Shown here: positions 40,931-57,120 of the stretch, in pieces
Layout: each line of letters starts with the position of its first letter
Numbering within the stretch: position 1 is the stretch's first letter
DNA from: the human T2T-CHM13v2.0 reference genome, Homo sapiens
NCBI RefSeq assembly: GCF_009914755.1
Contig: NC_060941.1
Reading direction: 5' to 3' (one strand)
DNA length: 64,000 nt
Program-made: the position numbers and the translations under genes
Notes under the pieces: model-generated
Seen by the model: only the letters and a program-made list of their open reading frames with translations
Database searches by the model: none
Told to the model about the DNA's origin: nothing

Positions 40931-42765
40931 GTTCTTGTTCCCATGTTAAATATGAAGACTCAGAGACCCAGAGAGAATAATTTGGGTAAGACACCCAGCA
41001 AGCAGGTGTTAGAGACAGGTTTTGCACCCAGGCAGCCTGACTCCAATCTTGGGTTCTTCATCATGATGGTTCACTGTCTATCTCTAAAATGTAGCAGTTG
41101 AACATTTGGGGGAAATGCCTAATGCAGATGCCTCCACACACTGATTATGAACTTCTATTCTAATCCTGTACGTTATCAATTTGTTCTACCAGGTTTCTAC
41201 AGATTCTGGGTATATGAAAGAGAACTTACTCTCCTCAGGACCCCCAGTCCCTACTTGAATCACCACCTTGATCGATCCCCAGTACCTCTGTTTGTCCAGA
41301 GTCTTTTCATCCTCTCCCATAAGTCCCAAGAAAAGCCAGAAAACATTCTGAATACTTGAAAAACCATATCTGAGACCTATAAAAAGTTCATGAGGTTCCA
41401 TTTTCTTTAGTAATCTTTGTCGGTCAAAGACCATTTGTTTAATGTTCATGCGTGGGAATGATGGGTTATGCAGAAGCAGCTATTTAGTATCTGAAGCTTA
41501 CAGCAATCTCAAAAGCATTTCTATTTCTTACTCCTGGCTCTCAATGAATGGATACACTTTTGCAATGGAGTCACTGCCACCTGTCCTGTGAAATTACGTT
41601 TCATGAAGCATTAAGGAGCTGCTTCTGGCTTAGATGGAATGTCTTGGTGTAATAAGAATTGTGGGAAGCAGAAAACCCTCTCTGAGTCCCAAGCTCCCAC
41701 CTGCAGTCCAGCTCTGAAAAAGGGAGTCAGTGTTTTCATCTCAGTTTTCTCAATGGGAGAAAGCAATTGTAATATCTGTCCTGCTTATCTTCCAGGATCG
41801 CTCAGTGGATCCACATGAAAGAGTTTTGAAAACTATAAAACATTACACAAATAGAAAGTAGGATCATTCATCACAGAGTAATACCAACTGAAGAGCTGTA
41901 TGGTTTTGCCAAAATTCACAGAATCCTTTAGAAACAATGAAACTAAAGTTTTATGCATATAATTCTTCCCTGAACCTCTAAAGAGGTCAGTTTCTTGATA
42001 TGTGGAAGGCATCCCTCATATTTAAATGACTAGACTCGTGTTTATAGTATATATTGAGAAATTGTAAAGAGATCCATTGATACAAGCCACAAAACTCAAC
42101 AATTTTAACTTATGTCAATTTGGATATTTGTATAAAATATATTAACTAATATGTTTTTTAAAAGAATGGTCACTTTTATTTAAATTTTAGAATTCATTAA
42201 GATATTAGTAGAAATATTTTCTTTAATTTTCTTTAAGAGGAAACTAACGCATCATACCAAAACACTGCAGTGAGTACTAAAATTGTAAAACTAAGAACAC
42301 AGTTTAATAGTTATTACTTTTGGACATTTGCCCTGAGATTTGTCTTTATTTGTCTAAACACACTGTGCATTGTTTATCATTTTTATGATTACTTATTTTA
42401 ATTTGCTAGGAAAATAGATATTTTTCAGGCAAAAAATATTAAAAGATATGTCACTGCACATCTCATACCAAGCAAATACATCTCATACTATTGTTTGTTT
42501 TAGTTATCAACTGTTTCCAAGTGTCAATCACATCGGTAAAGTTATGACAGATTATTCTAAAAGTCTTAATCTGACCATAATGGAAACAAATCCATAAAAA
42601 CATTATGTTGATAAAGCATAATCCCTCAAAAATGGTAAAAATAGCTAAAAGTGGAGGAAGTAAATAAAACACAGAACTTCATAATAGGAAATAAATGTTG
42701 CTATGTTATAAATATACAGCTAAGGCCCTTGGACAGAATTTAGAGAGGCATTGACAATAAATTAA

Positions 42766-43132
<367 letters not shown>

Positions 43133-43334
43133 TAACTAATACTTTTAATTAAAATTACAGTTGTTCTGGTTTATACCACAGCTGTGGGGTTTTAAAATAT
43201 ATTTTTAAAGGTTTAAGATATGAATTTGGTGGGAATTGCTGTAGGGAGTTTCTCATTTTAATCTACTGCAAAAACAGAACTGCATAATTTTAAAATTGAA
43301 GAAAAGCTTCTAGAGAGTGTTTTACAAATTTTGG

Positions 43335-43485
43335 CAGCATCAGAGTCAAACACAGACTGCGGTGCCTCAGCTGCAAGTTTCTGATTCTGTAGGTCTGGGG
43401 TGGGGCCCCAAATATCCATTTCTAACAACTTTCCAGGGGATGCTGAGGCTGCTGGTCCCAGGACCACACTTTGAGAATTGCTGCA
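43335..43485. mobile_element. MER5A fragment
   Basis: ttctgattctgtaggtctggggtggggccc...gaccacactttgagaa. Confidence 0.8.
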
Positions 43486-43989
43486 CTGAAGTAACTAACA
43501 TGATTTTTTTTTAAATCAACTTTCCCCAGAGCTCAATCTAGATGCAGGAATCGGATTTCAAGTCCAACATCATCCTGCTACTTCCACCCGTATGAATTCT
43601 CTGCAAGGATCACAGGCTTTGGGACTTAAGCCTTGCTAATGATGAGAAGGCTCTCTATACACTATTGTGCAGAAGAAAAATATACATTTGCTAATTAGCT
43701 CTAATTGGACAGACTTCTGAGCAATAAAGTCTGTGCTAGGAGGCTCAAAGAAAAGCTGACATCCTTTTTTTTCTGCTTTAGTAACACAGGCTAAATTCCA
43801 GAGCCAGAGGGAGGAGGAAAACTAGCCTGAAGAAAGTCATCAAAATTAGAATTAAAAAAAAAAAGTTAAACCTAACAAATGTTTTAAATCATTTAATCTA
43901 AGTAATTAGCAAAGTACCTTACATTAATAGCACACCTTCCTTATAAATCACATATTATGTTTTACTGTGTGTAAAGTACATTTAATTAT

Positions 43990-44240
43990 CAAAAGCTTGC
44001 AAGGTGCTTATCATGTGCCAGACATTGTTTGAAGTGCTTTACAGATTTAAAAAACCCTCAGTTAATTTTCACCATAGCCCTGTGAAGGAGGAACTCTTCT
44101 TTTCCCTGTTTCATAAGGTGAAGAAACTGGCACAGAGAAGCTAAGGAAATTGCAGAGGTCACACAGCCAGGAAGGGACAGCCCAAGGATTTGAACCCAAT
44201 CAGCGTGAGTCCAGCATTTGTGCTCTTGGCCTCCAGGCTC
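43990..44240 (-). mobile_element. MIR
   Basis: atgtgccagacattgttt...gaagaaactgg cacagagaagctaagg...ggatttgaaccc. Confidence 0.75.
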
Positions 44241-44427
44241 TGATGCTTGCTTACTGGCTAAGGTTGAAACAATCTTGTCAATTTAAAACGTGGCTGCACT
44301 TTAGACTCACCTAAGGGGATTCTAAAAAGTGCTAATACCTGGACCATCCCCAAACAAATTGAATGAAAATCTTTGGGGATGTAGCCCAGGTATTGGTATG
44401 TGTTAAAAGTGCCCTCGGCGATTGTAA

Positions 44428-44841
<414 letters not shown>

Positions 44842-45766
44842 TAAAGCAACTGAGATGACAGCATCATTATGGCTACATTGTACACGTTTGGGAAGGGAGC
44901 ACTAAGGAAGGACAAGTACATAAGACATTGCTCCAGGAAAGCCAGAACCAAGAAAGAGGCAGGTGAAATTAAAGCAAGGCATCGATTTAACCAATTAGTG
45001 GCTTCTGGATATTGTTGACGAAACTTCTCGGCACTTACAGATTTACTCTTCCTATGCTTTATTCTTATTCATTCTCGTTTCACATAGGACCAAACTAATT
45101 TTTCACACACGCCTTGATTTTTTGCCTCGGAGCTTCTAGTTTCTGACCTAAACCTAAACCTAAACTAAACTCTTTCCTAAACCTTTTTCTGTTACCTGGC
45201 CAGAAAGGCTCAGTCTCCAGGCAGCGGATTTCAGGGGAAATTTACGACATCTAATGGTGCAGCCAGCCAGCCTGGTAAGGATTTGAGACTAACATCAAGA
45301 AGGAATTGTGGCTGACACAGTTATGAGGAAGTGGCTGGCCTCAGGGTTACATAGTTTCCCTTTGAACAGTTACTCCTGTTTCCTTTAAGCATCCAATGAC
45401 GCCTGATCATCTTAAAACAAGACTAACCACAAGGCTTTAATACCAATTACATGAGATTAAACAGGAAATGATTACTAAGAATTAAATGTGAAAAATAGTA
45501 ATACTAATAGTGTAGTATTGACACAAATTGTGCTCAAGAATGGCTGCTAATGGGAGCAGCATCTGCCCGGGTCATATCAGCAGCTGCTTGTCATCACATG
45601 CAGCCTCAGAGCCCGGATCTTACACATCCCACCTAGCCTCCCACCAACACCATTAGCCTTATTTAAACCAAAGGAAATCAGATGCATGGAAGCGAAGGAC
45701 CTTTCCCCAGCACATGGCATTCTTGAAAGGAAGAGCCAAGATTTGAACCCTACCTTGACTCTGAAC

Positions 45767-45941
45767 TAGGACTGGATACCATTTGCAGAGACTAATGCAA
45801 AATGAAAATGCGGGCTTCCTTGTTAAAAAAAATTAAGAATTTCAAAATGGCAACCACAGAGCACCAAACCAAGCACAGGGCCCTTTTAAGGGTGGGGCCC
45901 TGTAGAACTGCACAGGTCACCGGCCCAGAAAGCTGGCCCTG
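45767..45941 (-). mobile_element. MER45A (hAT-Tip100)
   Basis: tgcaaaatgaaaatgcggg...ttaagaatttcaaaatggc...actgcacaggtc...gctggccctg. Confidence 0.8.
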
Positions 45942-46300
45942 CTCAAAGCCCTTCCTCCTCAAAATACAGTTCAGAGTCAGCAGCATCAGCATCCCCTGGG
46001 AGCTAATTAGAAATGCAGAATCTCAGGCTGCACTCCATACCCACCAAACCAGAGTCTACATTTTGACAAAATTCCTTAGGAGACTCCAGTGCACATTAAA
46101 CCTACAGATGCCCAGCTATGAAGCCTCAGTCCTCTCATCCTGGGCTTGCCTTCATCAGATTTTCAAAGCACTGGTTTCTGGTCTCACATCCCCCCCCCAC
46201 CCGTCACCACCTTGGGATACAAATGTGGTCAATCTTTTATTTCTGCACATAGTTGCACACATACCATCTGTACATATTAGCAGAAAGTCTCAAGTCTCAC

Positions 46301-46913
46301 TGAAAGGTGAAGCCGGCTGGGCTTCTGGGTCGGGTGGGGACTTGGAGAACTTTTCTGCGTAGCTAGAGAATTGTAAATGCACCAATCAGCGCTCTGTGTC
46401 TAGCTAAAGGTTTGTAAACACACCAATCAACACTCTGCAAAAATGGACCAATCAGCTCTCCATAAAATGGACCAATCAGCTCTCTGTAAAATGGACCAAT
46501 CAGCTCTCTGTAAAATGGACCAATCAGCAGGATGTGGGTGGGGACAAATAAGGGTATAAAAGCTGGCCACCCGCGCAAACAGCGGTAACTTGGTTGGGTG
46601 TTCTTCTCTGCTGTGTAGGCTTTGTTCTTTTGCTCTTTGCAGTAAATGTTGCTGCTGCTGACTGTTGGGTCCCAGCCGTCTTTAAAAGCTATTACACTCA
46701 CGGTGAAGGTCTGTGGTTTCACTCCTGAAATCAAGCGAGTGTACGAACCCACCGGAAGGAAGAAACTCCAGACTCCGAAGGAACAAACTCTGGACACACC
46801 AAATGTAAGAATTGTAACACTCACCGCGACGGTCCGTGGCGTCCACCCTCGCAGCTTCTTTCTTGAAGTCGCCGAGACCAAGAGCGCACCGAAAGGAACC
46901 AATTGTGGACACA
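46301..46913 (+). mobile_element. LTR12 (ERV9) solo LTR, short LTR12/LTR12F-like
   Basis: TGAAAGGTGAAGCCGGCTGGGCTTCTGGGTCGGG start, ggaccaatcagc repeats, ggacACA end. Confidence 0.92.
46380..46562 (+). promoter_or_regulatory. LTR12 U3 promoter: six CCAAT (NF-Y) boxes and a TATA box
   Basis: CCAAT at 46382, 46423, 46448, 46472, 46496, 46520 (last four at 24-bp period); TATAAAAG at 46555. Confidence 0.7.
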
Positions 46914-47326
46914 TCCGTTTTGTGAGTTATTTCTTCTTCCCTTTTTCTGCTACTGACCAGTCCCCACCACGAGTTATTTGGTGGCTGCCTCCAAAGAGGC
47001 GCTGGGGCAGAGAGGTCAATCCTCTTGTAGATCCTGTGGTGCCAAACCCCTATTAATCGCAAGAGGCATAGCGTCAGGTTCAGGAAGCCAGAACCTTGGA
47101 GCTAACAAGTGAGACATGGGGTTTTATGAGTGGGAAACTTACAGATAGAGTGGTTCAGTGGCGGCAAGCTGGATGGAAGAACCACCACCACTTGCAAAAA
47201 GCATAGAATATATGGCATTTTCACTTAGCACCCTCCCGTTAACAACCGCCACCTGGTAAGCTTCATTTAACCCCAAAGGGCCTTGATCCCCTCTACCAGC
47301 CTATCTGTGTTTAACAGGGTGAGCTA

Positions 47327-48030
<704 letters not shown>

Positions 48031-48427
48031 CCGGGTGTTCTTAAGTGGTTGCTGTCAGGTACATCTACCACGCAGATGCAGGTCGTCTGCTACAGCGATG
48101 CACTTGCTGGTGCAGATCGCCAATGAACTCCCTGAGTTGGGCTCAACTAAGTTGCTCTTTTGTTCCAGGACGTTGTTCCCAAAGCATGGCCGTGTGTCAG
48201 AGTGGCGGGGTCTGCAGGTCTCTCATTCTTCCTCTGCCTAACGTGCATTGCTAGGCAACCCACATAGACACCCCTTCCTCCACAGGGCAATGCACTGTGG
48301 GGACCTTAGCATCGTTTCCTGGCAGGGGACTTATTTGGGACCGTCTCAATCCATGAGTGAGACTCTGATAACACTGAATTTCAGAACGCTAGGTGTCCTG
48401 ATTCATCTCCTGCCCATATAAGTTCCT

Positions 48428-48876
48428 CTGGTCAGCAGGGCAGTGGCCCCCTAAAGATGTACATGTCCTAAGACCCCAATCCTATGAATATGTCTCTTTA
48501 CATGATAAAAGGGATACATCAAATGTGACAAAGTTAAGGATCTTGAAGGGGGGAGACTATTCTGGATTATCTGGTGAGCCGGATGTAATTGTAAGGAGCC
48601 TTATAAGAGGGAGGCAGGAAGGTCAGAGTCAGAGAAGGTGATGTGGTAACAGAAGCAATGGTTGTGTGATGCAGCTGTGAGCCAAGGAATGCAGGAAGCC
48701 TCCGGAAGCTGGGAAAGGCAAGGAAACGCCTTCTCCCTAGAGCCTTCAGAAGGAATGCAGACCTGCTAACCTATTTTACGATTCTGACTTTCAGAACTGT
48801 AAGAAAATAAATGTGTGTTGCTTTAAGATACGAAATTAGTGGTAACTTGTCATAAGAGTAATTGGAAGCAAACACA
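48428..48876 (+). mobile_element. MLT1C/D MaLR LTR
   Basis: ggccccctaaagatgt...gagccaaggaatgcagg...ttctccctagagccttcagaaggaatgcag...cagaactgtaagaaaataaat. Confidence 0.85.
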
Positions 48877-51412
48877 GCTCTTAAGCAAATGTGTCTGTCC
48901 CTGCCGAAGCAATCATTTCAGTGTAATGGAACGTTGTGGAAAGGGCAGTCCTCAACAGGCTAGCAGGTCTCCATAGACCTGTCTCCTGGTACAGCAGGTG
49001 CTTATTACATGCCCCAAAGAGACCACTCACATCATTTTTTCCCCCTTGAAAATGTGTTCCAATGAGTAATTTGTTGCCCTACTCACAGATGTATTAAGAG
49101 AATAGGCTGGCATCACTTTACAATTGAACCCCGTCAGTCGTGAGGTTACCCAAAACATTGCAAAAGGAGTGGAGATGCCCACTGAGTCAACTCTCCACTG
49201 AATCCAGGGCTTCCTTCCCCTCTGTTTCTTGCCTGTTCTAAACCAGTTGTCTTCCAACTTCAAGACTCTCCCTTGTCTCTCAGAGCCACTTGACTTGTCC
49301 CATCCAAGGACAAATGGAAGCTCTCTACTTATTTTGCAAACTTTCCAAAGCCTTTTATAGTGACCACACCCTCACCTCTCAGATCCAATTTTTGGTCAAA
49401 AAGACGGGTGTAGTCCACAAGGGATGGGAAGGAGAGTACAAAGTCACAGGGTGTCCCCTCAGACTCAGGGGAGTGCTTCCATCCACCTTCAGGAGTGCCC
49501 AGATCCTGGCTGGATGTCTGAATCCCTTGAGGGACTTTAAAAAATACCCCACCACAAACCAGTTAAATCAGAATCTTTCGTGATAACAGCTTGGACATCT
49601 GTATTTTAAACAAATATTCCAGGTGATTCTAAAGTGTAGCCAATCCCTACTTAGATTATGATCCACTCAGGAGACGAATCCTTCAAAAGTGAAATCTTCC
49701 ATTACAGGTTAGAAGTTATTCTGGAAAGTCCAGCATAAACCTTTCATACCAAAAACCCATTCTAAGTTGAGGGTTACCAATTTAAAGGACTGTGAACTAG
49801 TAGGTATTTAGAATCCTTGGGTACTTAGGTGCCTTTGATATTCTCCCTTAAGGGTCTCAATGCTGAACCATTTGTTACATATGTCATCTCACCTCACTTA
49901 GTCTGTTTCTTCATTTTAGAGTGGAATAATAGTCCTTGGTTCTCTGGACAACCGGGAGAATTGCATTTTCTGAGGCCCACGATAAGCACCCAACCGTTAA
50001 TATTTCCATGCTTCTCTGTCCATCCCATGGAGCCTGGGGCTTGAGGGACTGTGCAGTGAGGCAGCAACTCACATCTCCAGCTGTTGGACTGGTCCTGCCA
50101 GCGACGTCTGCTCAGTAGAACAAGCAGCACTTCCCCCAGCTCAGCACTGTCTCATTTCTGAGACTGAACACCCCGTGGTCACTCTACATGGATGGGTAGG
50201 TTTCCTGAAGGCAGTGCAGTGGATTTTAATACCCAGGGCCTGGTCTCCTATGGCAGGTGGCACTTAAGTTCTCTGCAGAGGCAGACATTTTTTGTTTTGG
50301 AGTCTGCAAGAATATCTAGCCATCACTTCTTCCCCACAAGAACAATGGGTGATGCACTATGTTGTACCTGGATCTAATGATGAATGAAATGGTTGTAACA
50401 TTTGGCTTTAGAAGTTGTTTCAAATGCAATAAATCATACCTGGCACACAAGCAGGTTGTTACAAAACAGCTGCTGATGGAACCTGTCAATGACATCTTCT
50501 CTTTGAACGCCGCTGCCTTCCCCAGTGGCCAGGGATAGTTTTGTAAGCAGTTAACTCACCTGAGGCCCACAAAATGGCAGAGTACAGATGAGAGGCATTT
50601 CTCCACGGCAGTAAGCCTCCTTTCTCTGGATCTCAGAGTCTGATCTTAGACCTGCTCTGCCCTGGCAAACCATAGGGATGTGCTGATGCCAGACCTGCTG
50701 AGCACTGGTCACCTTTGTCTGCAAAAATACTTCTTGCACAGGCATGTTTACAGCATGATGTGAAGCCCTCCCCAAGACCTCTGGAGGATGAGTCAGGAGC
50801 CAGGACACAAGGAGAAGGCCCAGACAGAAGATAGGTTTGGGAAGAGGATGGAAAAAGACTGCAGACCAGACAGGTTGGGGAAGGGGCATAGGGCATATCT
50901 TACTGCTGAGCTCTGCAAAGCCAAAGTTGTCAGAGGTTCTGTTACTTTCTCTCAAAGACATTGTCTGCTGGAACAGGAAAAATATCCTGAAAGAAAAGAG
51001 CAGGACAATCCTATCACTGCAGCAGGGGGAGTCATAAGCTTCAGGGGCTGGGGAACTGAGAGGGAAGAAGCCCAAAAAGAGCTTTCTGGAAGTCTGGAAA
51101 TACAAGATGTTTCCCTGGTCCTTTGGTAAACAACCCCTATCTGGGGGCTGGGTGTGGGTGTCTTGTCACCTTGTAGATCTATAGGTCATGCAGTCACAGG
51201 GAATGCCTAATTTATGAAAGATAATGAGTCCATGAAATATTTGTGAAGGTCCTAGAAATTAGCCAACTTGAGGGATTTGTTGTCCATATCTAAAAATCTT
51301 TTTCTTCCTTTTTTTTCCAGGCTTTAAAAAAAGCTTTTTCTTTTTCCCTCATGTTTTGGTCTGCTATGGAACTGAGATATTTTCTAATTTCACTGAGGTC
51401 TATTTTAGGAAT

Positions 51413-51784
51413 TAATATGGTTTGGCTGTGTCCCCACCCAAATCTCATCTTGAATTATACTTCCCATAATCCCCACAGGTCATGGGAGGAACCTGGTGGG
51501 AGGTAATTGAATCATGGAGGCGGTTACCCTTACAGTGTTCTCATGATAGTGAGTGAGTTCTCATGACATCTGATGGTTTTATAAGGGGCATTTCCCCCTT
51601 TGCTCAGCACTTCGCCTTCCTGCCACCACGTGAAGAAGGATGTGTTTGCTTCCCCTTCTACCGTGATTGTAAGTTTCGTGAGGCTTACCCAGGCCTGTGA
51701 AACTGAGTCAATTAAACCTCTTTCCTTAATAAATTACCTAGTCTTGCATATTTCTTCGTAGCAGCATGAGAATGAACTAATATG
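51413..51784 (+). mobile_element. THE1 (C-like) solo LTR
   Basis: atatggtttggctgtgtccccacccaaatctcatcttgaatt...gtcaattaaacctctttcc...gaactaata. Confidence 0.92.
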
Positions 51785-52019
51785 AGGGCTAAAAAATAAT
51801 TGCTTATGTGGTAAGCTGAAGGATTGTTCCAACTAAGAGTCCTATGCCGTAGGGAAAAACATTTATTTAAATTAATAATTCCTTTTTTTTAAAAAAAGCA
51901 TTATATATATTTTTTGAGTCTTACTGAATCTTTTTTTCTTTTTACAGGTTAATTTCCCTTGGAAAAGTATTGATGATCAAGTGATGCTAGCAGCAACAGT
52001 GTTAAAGGCTTTAACGCTT

Positions 52020-52568
52020 TTAAAGGTGAGACTTTTGGGAGTTGATTAGGTCATGAGGATGGAGCCTGGTGAATGGGATCAGTGAAAGAGGCCTGATGTG
52101 AGGTAAGTGTTGATCAAAAGAAAAAACCAGTTAGGAACAATAGGTTCAAGAGCTCTGTGGTACAATATGGTGACTATAATTAATAGCAATACGTTGCATT
52201 CTTGAAAATTGCTAAGGGAGTAGATTCTAAGAGTTCTTACGACAAAAAGTATGTGAGGTAATGCATTTGTTAATTAGCTTGATTTAGCCATTTTACAGTG
52301 TAAGCATATTTCAAAACAAGTATTTGTCAATTTAAAATAATTAGTAAACTAGTTTAGAAACAAAGGCCCTAGAGAGACACCTTCTACTGCATAAGGACAG
52401 AGAAGTCCGTAGTCTTCAACCCAAAAGAGGGTCCTCACCAGAATTCCACCATGCCAGCACCCTACCCTCAGACTTCAGCTCCCAGAGCTGTGAGAAGTAA
52501 ATTTCTGTTGTTTATAAGCCACCCAGTCTACGGTATTTTTGTTATAGCAGCCTGAACAGACTAAGGAA
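52020..52568 (+). mobile_element. MLT1A-type LTR interrupted by an L1MA 3' fragment (~52095-52360)
   Basis: gattaggtcatgaggatggagcc...aaagaggcc [L1MA: ggtgactataattaata...cttgaaaattgctaag] aaaggccctagagag...ttataagccacccagtctacggtatt. Confidence 0.75.
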
Positions 52569-53444
52569 GGAAAGAATTTAGTCAAAAGGCCAAGAGACTG
52601 TTACCTAAAGACAATTTAGAGAGACTATTCTGGGACACAATTTTTTTTAACCAGTATTTTCTTTCAGAACTCCCTTCAGTTTGACTTTTCTTACCACTAA
52701 CTGACATGAATTCATAAAGATTGTCACATACTTTGTGGTAAATCTGGAATCTTTCTTCAAATTATAGATGCCCCGGTGCTTAGTCATTTTGTTTAAAAAT
52801 AATATATGTTAAATTCTTGTTTAAATGGAAATTTTTGTATGTGCGCCAAGAGTCAGCCTCCCCTACTTATTCTGGTATAAACCTAGTTTTTCATCAAGAG
52901 TAAGTCATTAAATAAGTTCTTAAGAGGATTGCTACCATTTTGTCAAATCATGTAATTACTGGATAAAGAAGACCTGGAGAAGAGGAGAAAGGAGGCTGTT
53001 TCAGTCCTCTTAGGATAATAAATTGTCAGGAAAATGTCTGATTAAGGAAAAAACACAGGATCCTATAGTGATACTTGGTGGGACACTAATACATAAAGAA
53101 TGCAAAGTTTATGTTTTATACAGTCGTAACATCCTGATTATGGTATACAAGTAATATATGATTGAGGCTGCTAAGATAAACTTCTAGAGGTAAGAGAAAA
53201 CTGCTGAGAGGATTTTTATTAGAAAGTTTGTTCTGAATTTTTGTGCAGACTTCAAAATACAGATTCAGGGGAAGTCAGAAGCAACATTTAGATCAACTCT
53301 TACACCTAAACCTCAAGATTAGATTCAGCACTGATAAATGCAAAGCACCTCAATTATAGCCAAGCGCTTAAACTTACCTCCCAAGGTAGCGTTTAAATGT
53401 ATCTCTAATTACAGTTGACATACCTGTTGCTCTAAAAGATCTTT

Positions 53445-54330
53445 TTTGTTTTATTTTTAAAATTGATATAATTGTACATATTCATGGGGTACCTAGTGAT
53501 GTTTCCACATATATAATGTATAGTGATTTGATTAGGGTAATGAACATATCCGTCATCTTTTTTTCTTTTTTCTTTTTTTTTTTTTTTTTTTTTTTGAGAT
53601 GGAGTCTCGCTCTATTGCCCAGGCTGGAGTGCAGTGGCGCAATCTCAGCTCACTGCATGCTCCGCCTCCCAGGTTCATGCCATTCTCCTGCCTCATCCTC
53701 CTGAGTAGCTGGGACTACAGGCACCCACCACCACGCCTAGCTACTTTTTTTGTATTTTTAGTAGAGACGGGGTTTCACCATGTTAGCCAGGATGGTCTCA
53801 ATCTCCTGACCTTGTGATGTGTTCGCCTTGGCTTCCCAAAGTGCTGGGATTACAGGCGTGAGCCACCGCGCCCGGCCACATATGGGTCATCTTAAGCCTT
53901 TATGATTTCTTTGTGTTCAGAACATTTGATATCCCTCTTCCAGCTACTGGAAACTATGTTAACTATAGTCATTTTACAGTCCAATAGAACGCTAGAACTT
54001 ATGCCTCCTTTCTGACTGTAATTTTGTATTCTTTAACAAATCTCTATACACCCCCTTCATCTCCTCCCATTCCCAGCCGTCAATATCCTCTGTTGCACAT
54101 TTTACTTCTATGATATCAACTTACTTAGCTTCCACATATGAGTGAGAACATGCAGTGTTTAACTTCCTATGCATGGGTTATTCACTTAACATAATGTCTT
54201 CCAATTCCATGCAGGTTGCCAAGAATGACAGGATTTTATTTTTTAATGGGTGAATAGTATTCCATTCCAAAATATATACTACAATTTCTTTATCCAGTCT
54301 TCTGTTGTTGGACACCTAGGTTGATTCCGT
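53445..54330 (-). mobile_element. L1MA 3' end interrupted by AluY
   Basis: aattgtacatattcatggggtac...ttccacatatgagtgagaacatgcag. Confidence 0.85.
53558..53877 (-). mobile_element. AluY
   Basis: Long poly-T; gttcatgccattctcc and tgttagccaggatggtctc; TSD acatat(cc/gg)gtcatctt. Confidence 0.94.
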
Positions 54331-55719
54331 TAAAAGATTTTTTTATAAGGAGCCACATGGAAAATCAAACAGACCTGGTTGTTGAGACTGGCAGGTGTTC
54401 ACCTGGCATCCCCAGAGTTCAGGGACACTGTCTAGAAATAAACTCTTGAAGAGGAAACAAGCTGAAATATACAAAGAAGCTCTGTTGTAAGACTTCCTTG
54501 TGGCTACACCGATAACCTACACCTTTTTTACCTTCTCTGTCACAAACGTTTTCTCACCCCTTGGACAGTTGTCACTACTTGTCCCCATTGCCCTGGTACT
54601 TGTTAGCCTACACATTATGTTTCCCACATTTATGTTCCTGAAGTTTTAACTCTTTTACTCCCCTCTGTGCAGTTTTCCTTGGAAGAGCCCCCCCGAACCT
54701 CCAACCATCCCCTTTGTTTCTTTGGCTTAGAAATCTCTTTCTCGCAGAAATTTCCTTTCTTTTCCAATTCCAACAGCTTTAAAATGGCTCTATTTGGTTG
54801 GATATAGTCAGAACTACCACAAGGTGTTACCCCAACAAAAATTTGAAAATTAGATTAGTTCCATTAGTATTTTGAAATTGCTGTAAAATGGATTCAGCCA
54901 GAGAGACCCTAGGGAAGAAAAACCAAAATGATCCCAGACATTTTACTGTAGCCCCTTGTCTAAAGCGAAATGCGTCACTCTAAAAGGGACGTGGTGGTTC
55001 CTCTAATGAAGTTCAGAGAAAGTGTCTCTAAATGCCTTGGGCACAGTCTAGGGGAGAGAGAGGGAGACAGGTGAGTTGTGTAGTTCGTGCCCATTGAAAG
55101 CCCACCTTATCACGGACATATCTGCATCAGGCATTCTAGGCTTGCTAATTAGACGGTCACTTCAGCTGCTTCCCCTTTTGATTTCATGCCCAACAAGATT
55201 CATGATTATGAATTGGCTTCATATGTAGGTTTGCCCATAAGGAAGGAATGTGCTGGTCATGCTGAAAGGCATATTCCAGGCGGGTGACACATCTTTTGTT
55301 ATAAATGGTTAAATTAGAACACTGATTTTATAGCTCAGTCTTTTGAGTTTGATTAATGTGTTTTCCCCTCAGTCCCAGTACGCTGAAAGGACAAGTTTCT
55401 AAACTTGTCAGGCTAAGAACCAAACCCTGGACCAGAGTAAATTCACCCAAAAACTCCACCTGACAAGGCCTTGTGGATGACTGACATTCCTGCATGCCCC
55501 TGACAATGCTCCAACCTCACCCAACATTTTCTCCTTTGCGTGTCTACAGATGCCTTATGTTTGCTATGGGTCAGATGTCTGTCATTATGGAAACTCTCAG
55601 TAAATTCAAGTTGACTTGAACTTGACTCAACTTGCTAGTAATGGAAGGATTTTCCTATGCCAGTTTCCAAGTTTTCCCATTATTGTCAAGAGTACCAGGA
55701 TTCTCAATAAGACAAGCTT

Positions 55720-56515
<796 letters not shown>

Positions 56516-56679
56516 TCTTAATGTCATTTCTAACCTCCTCCATCTGGTATATCTCTTATAATTAATATTGCCAAGTAGAACACATCTGATTCCCTCATAA
56601 GGGTTATCCATAATTGGGCCCAATACCACTCACCCATCTTATTTTCATTGCTCAAATATATACTTTACACTCAGTCATG

Positions 56680-57120
56680 TGGTCCATCAGTTTTGTATTG
56701 CTGAGTAGCAAACCATCGCAGATCTTCAGGCTAAGACAACAATTATTTATTTTGCTCACGACACTGCAATTTGGGAAGGACTATGTGAAGACTGCTAGTC
56801 CAGTCTACATGCAGCATAAGCTGGAGCAGCTTGACTGGGGGTCAGATGATCCACTGTGAAGATGGCCCACTCTCATAGCTGGCAAATTGGTGCTCAGCCA
56901 AGACTGCAGGATGGTGTCTCTTCACGTCCTCAGGCTGCTAGGGCTTCCTCACAGCGTGGTAGCTGGGTTCCAAGTGTCAGCATCCTAAGAGAACCAAGAG
57001 GAAACTGTATCACATTTTATTACCTACCTTTGGAAGTTGAAGAGTCACAAGAGCACCCAAATTCTAGGGGAGAAAATAAAGATCTTTATTCAATTGAATG
57101 AATCAAGATCACACTAGAAG
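56680..57120 (-). mobile_element. MLT1-family MaLR LTR
   Basis: acaacaattatttattttgctcac...gaagatggcccactctcatagctggcaaattgg...gggcttcctcacagcgtggtagctgggttcc. Confidence 0.75.

Noticed and set aside
45147-45183. (CCTAAA)n telomere-like run
   Set aside because: Only about three units and not TTAGGG; ordinary short microsatellite.
45802-46362. 186-aa ORF, the longest in the window
   Set aside because: Runs through MER45A, a MER5-like fragment and the LTR12 start; no protein-like homology.
46441-46530. Regular 24-bp repeats resembling a CRISPR-like array
   Set aside because: No unique spacers; this is the known ERV9 U3 tandem repeat in eukaryotic DNA.
46363-46914. 183-aa ORF with repeated ELIGPFY motif
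   Set aside because: Antisense translation of the LTR12 24-bp CCAAT repeats; not a gene.
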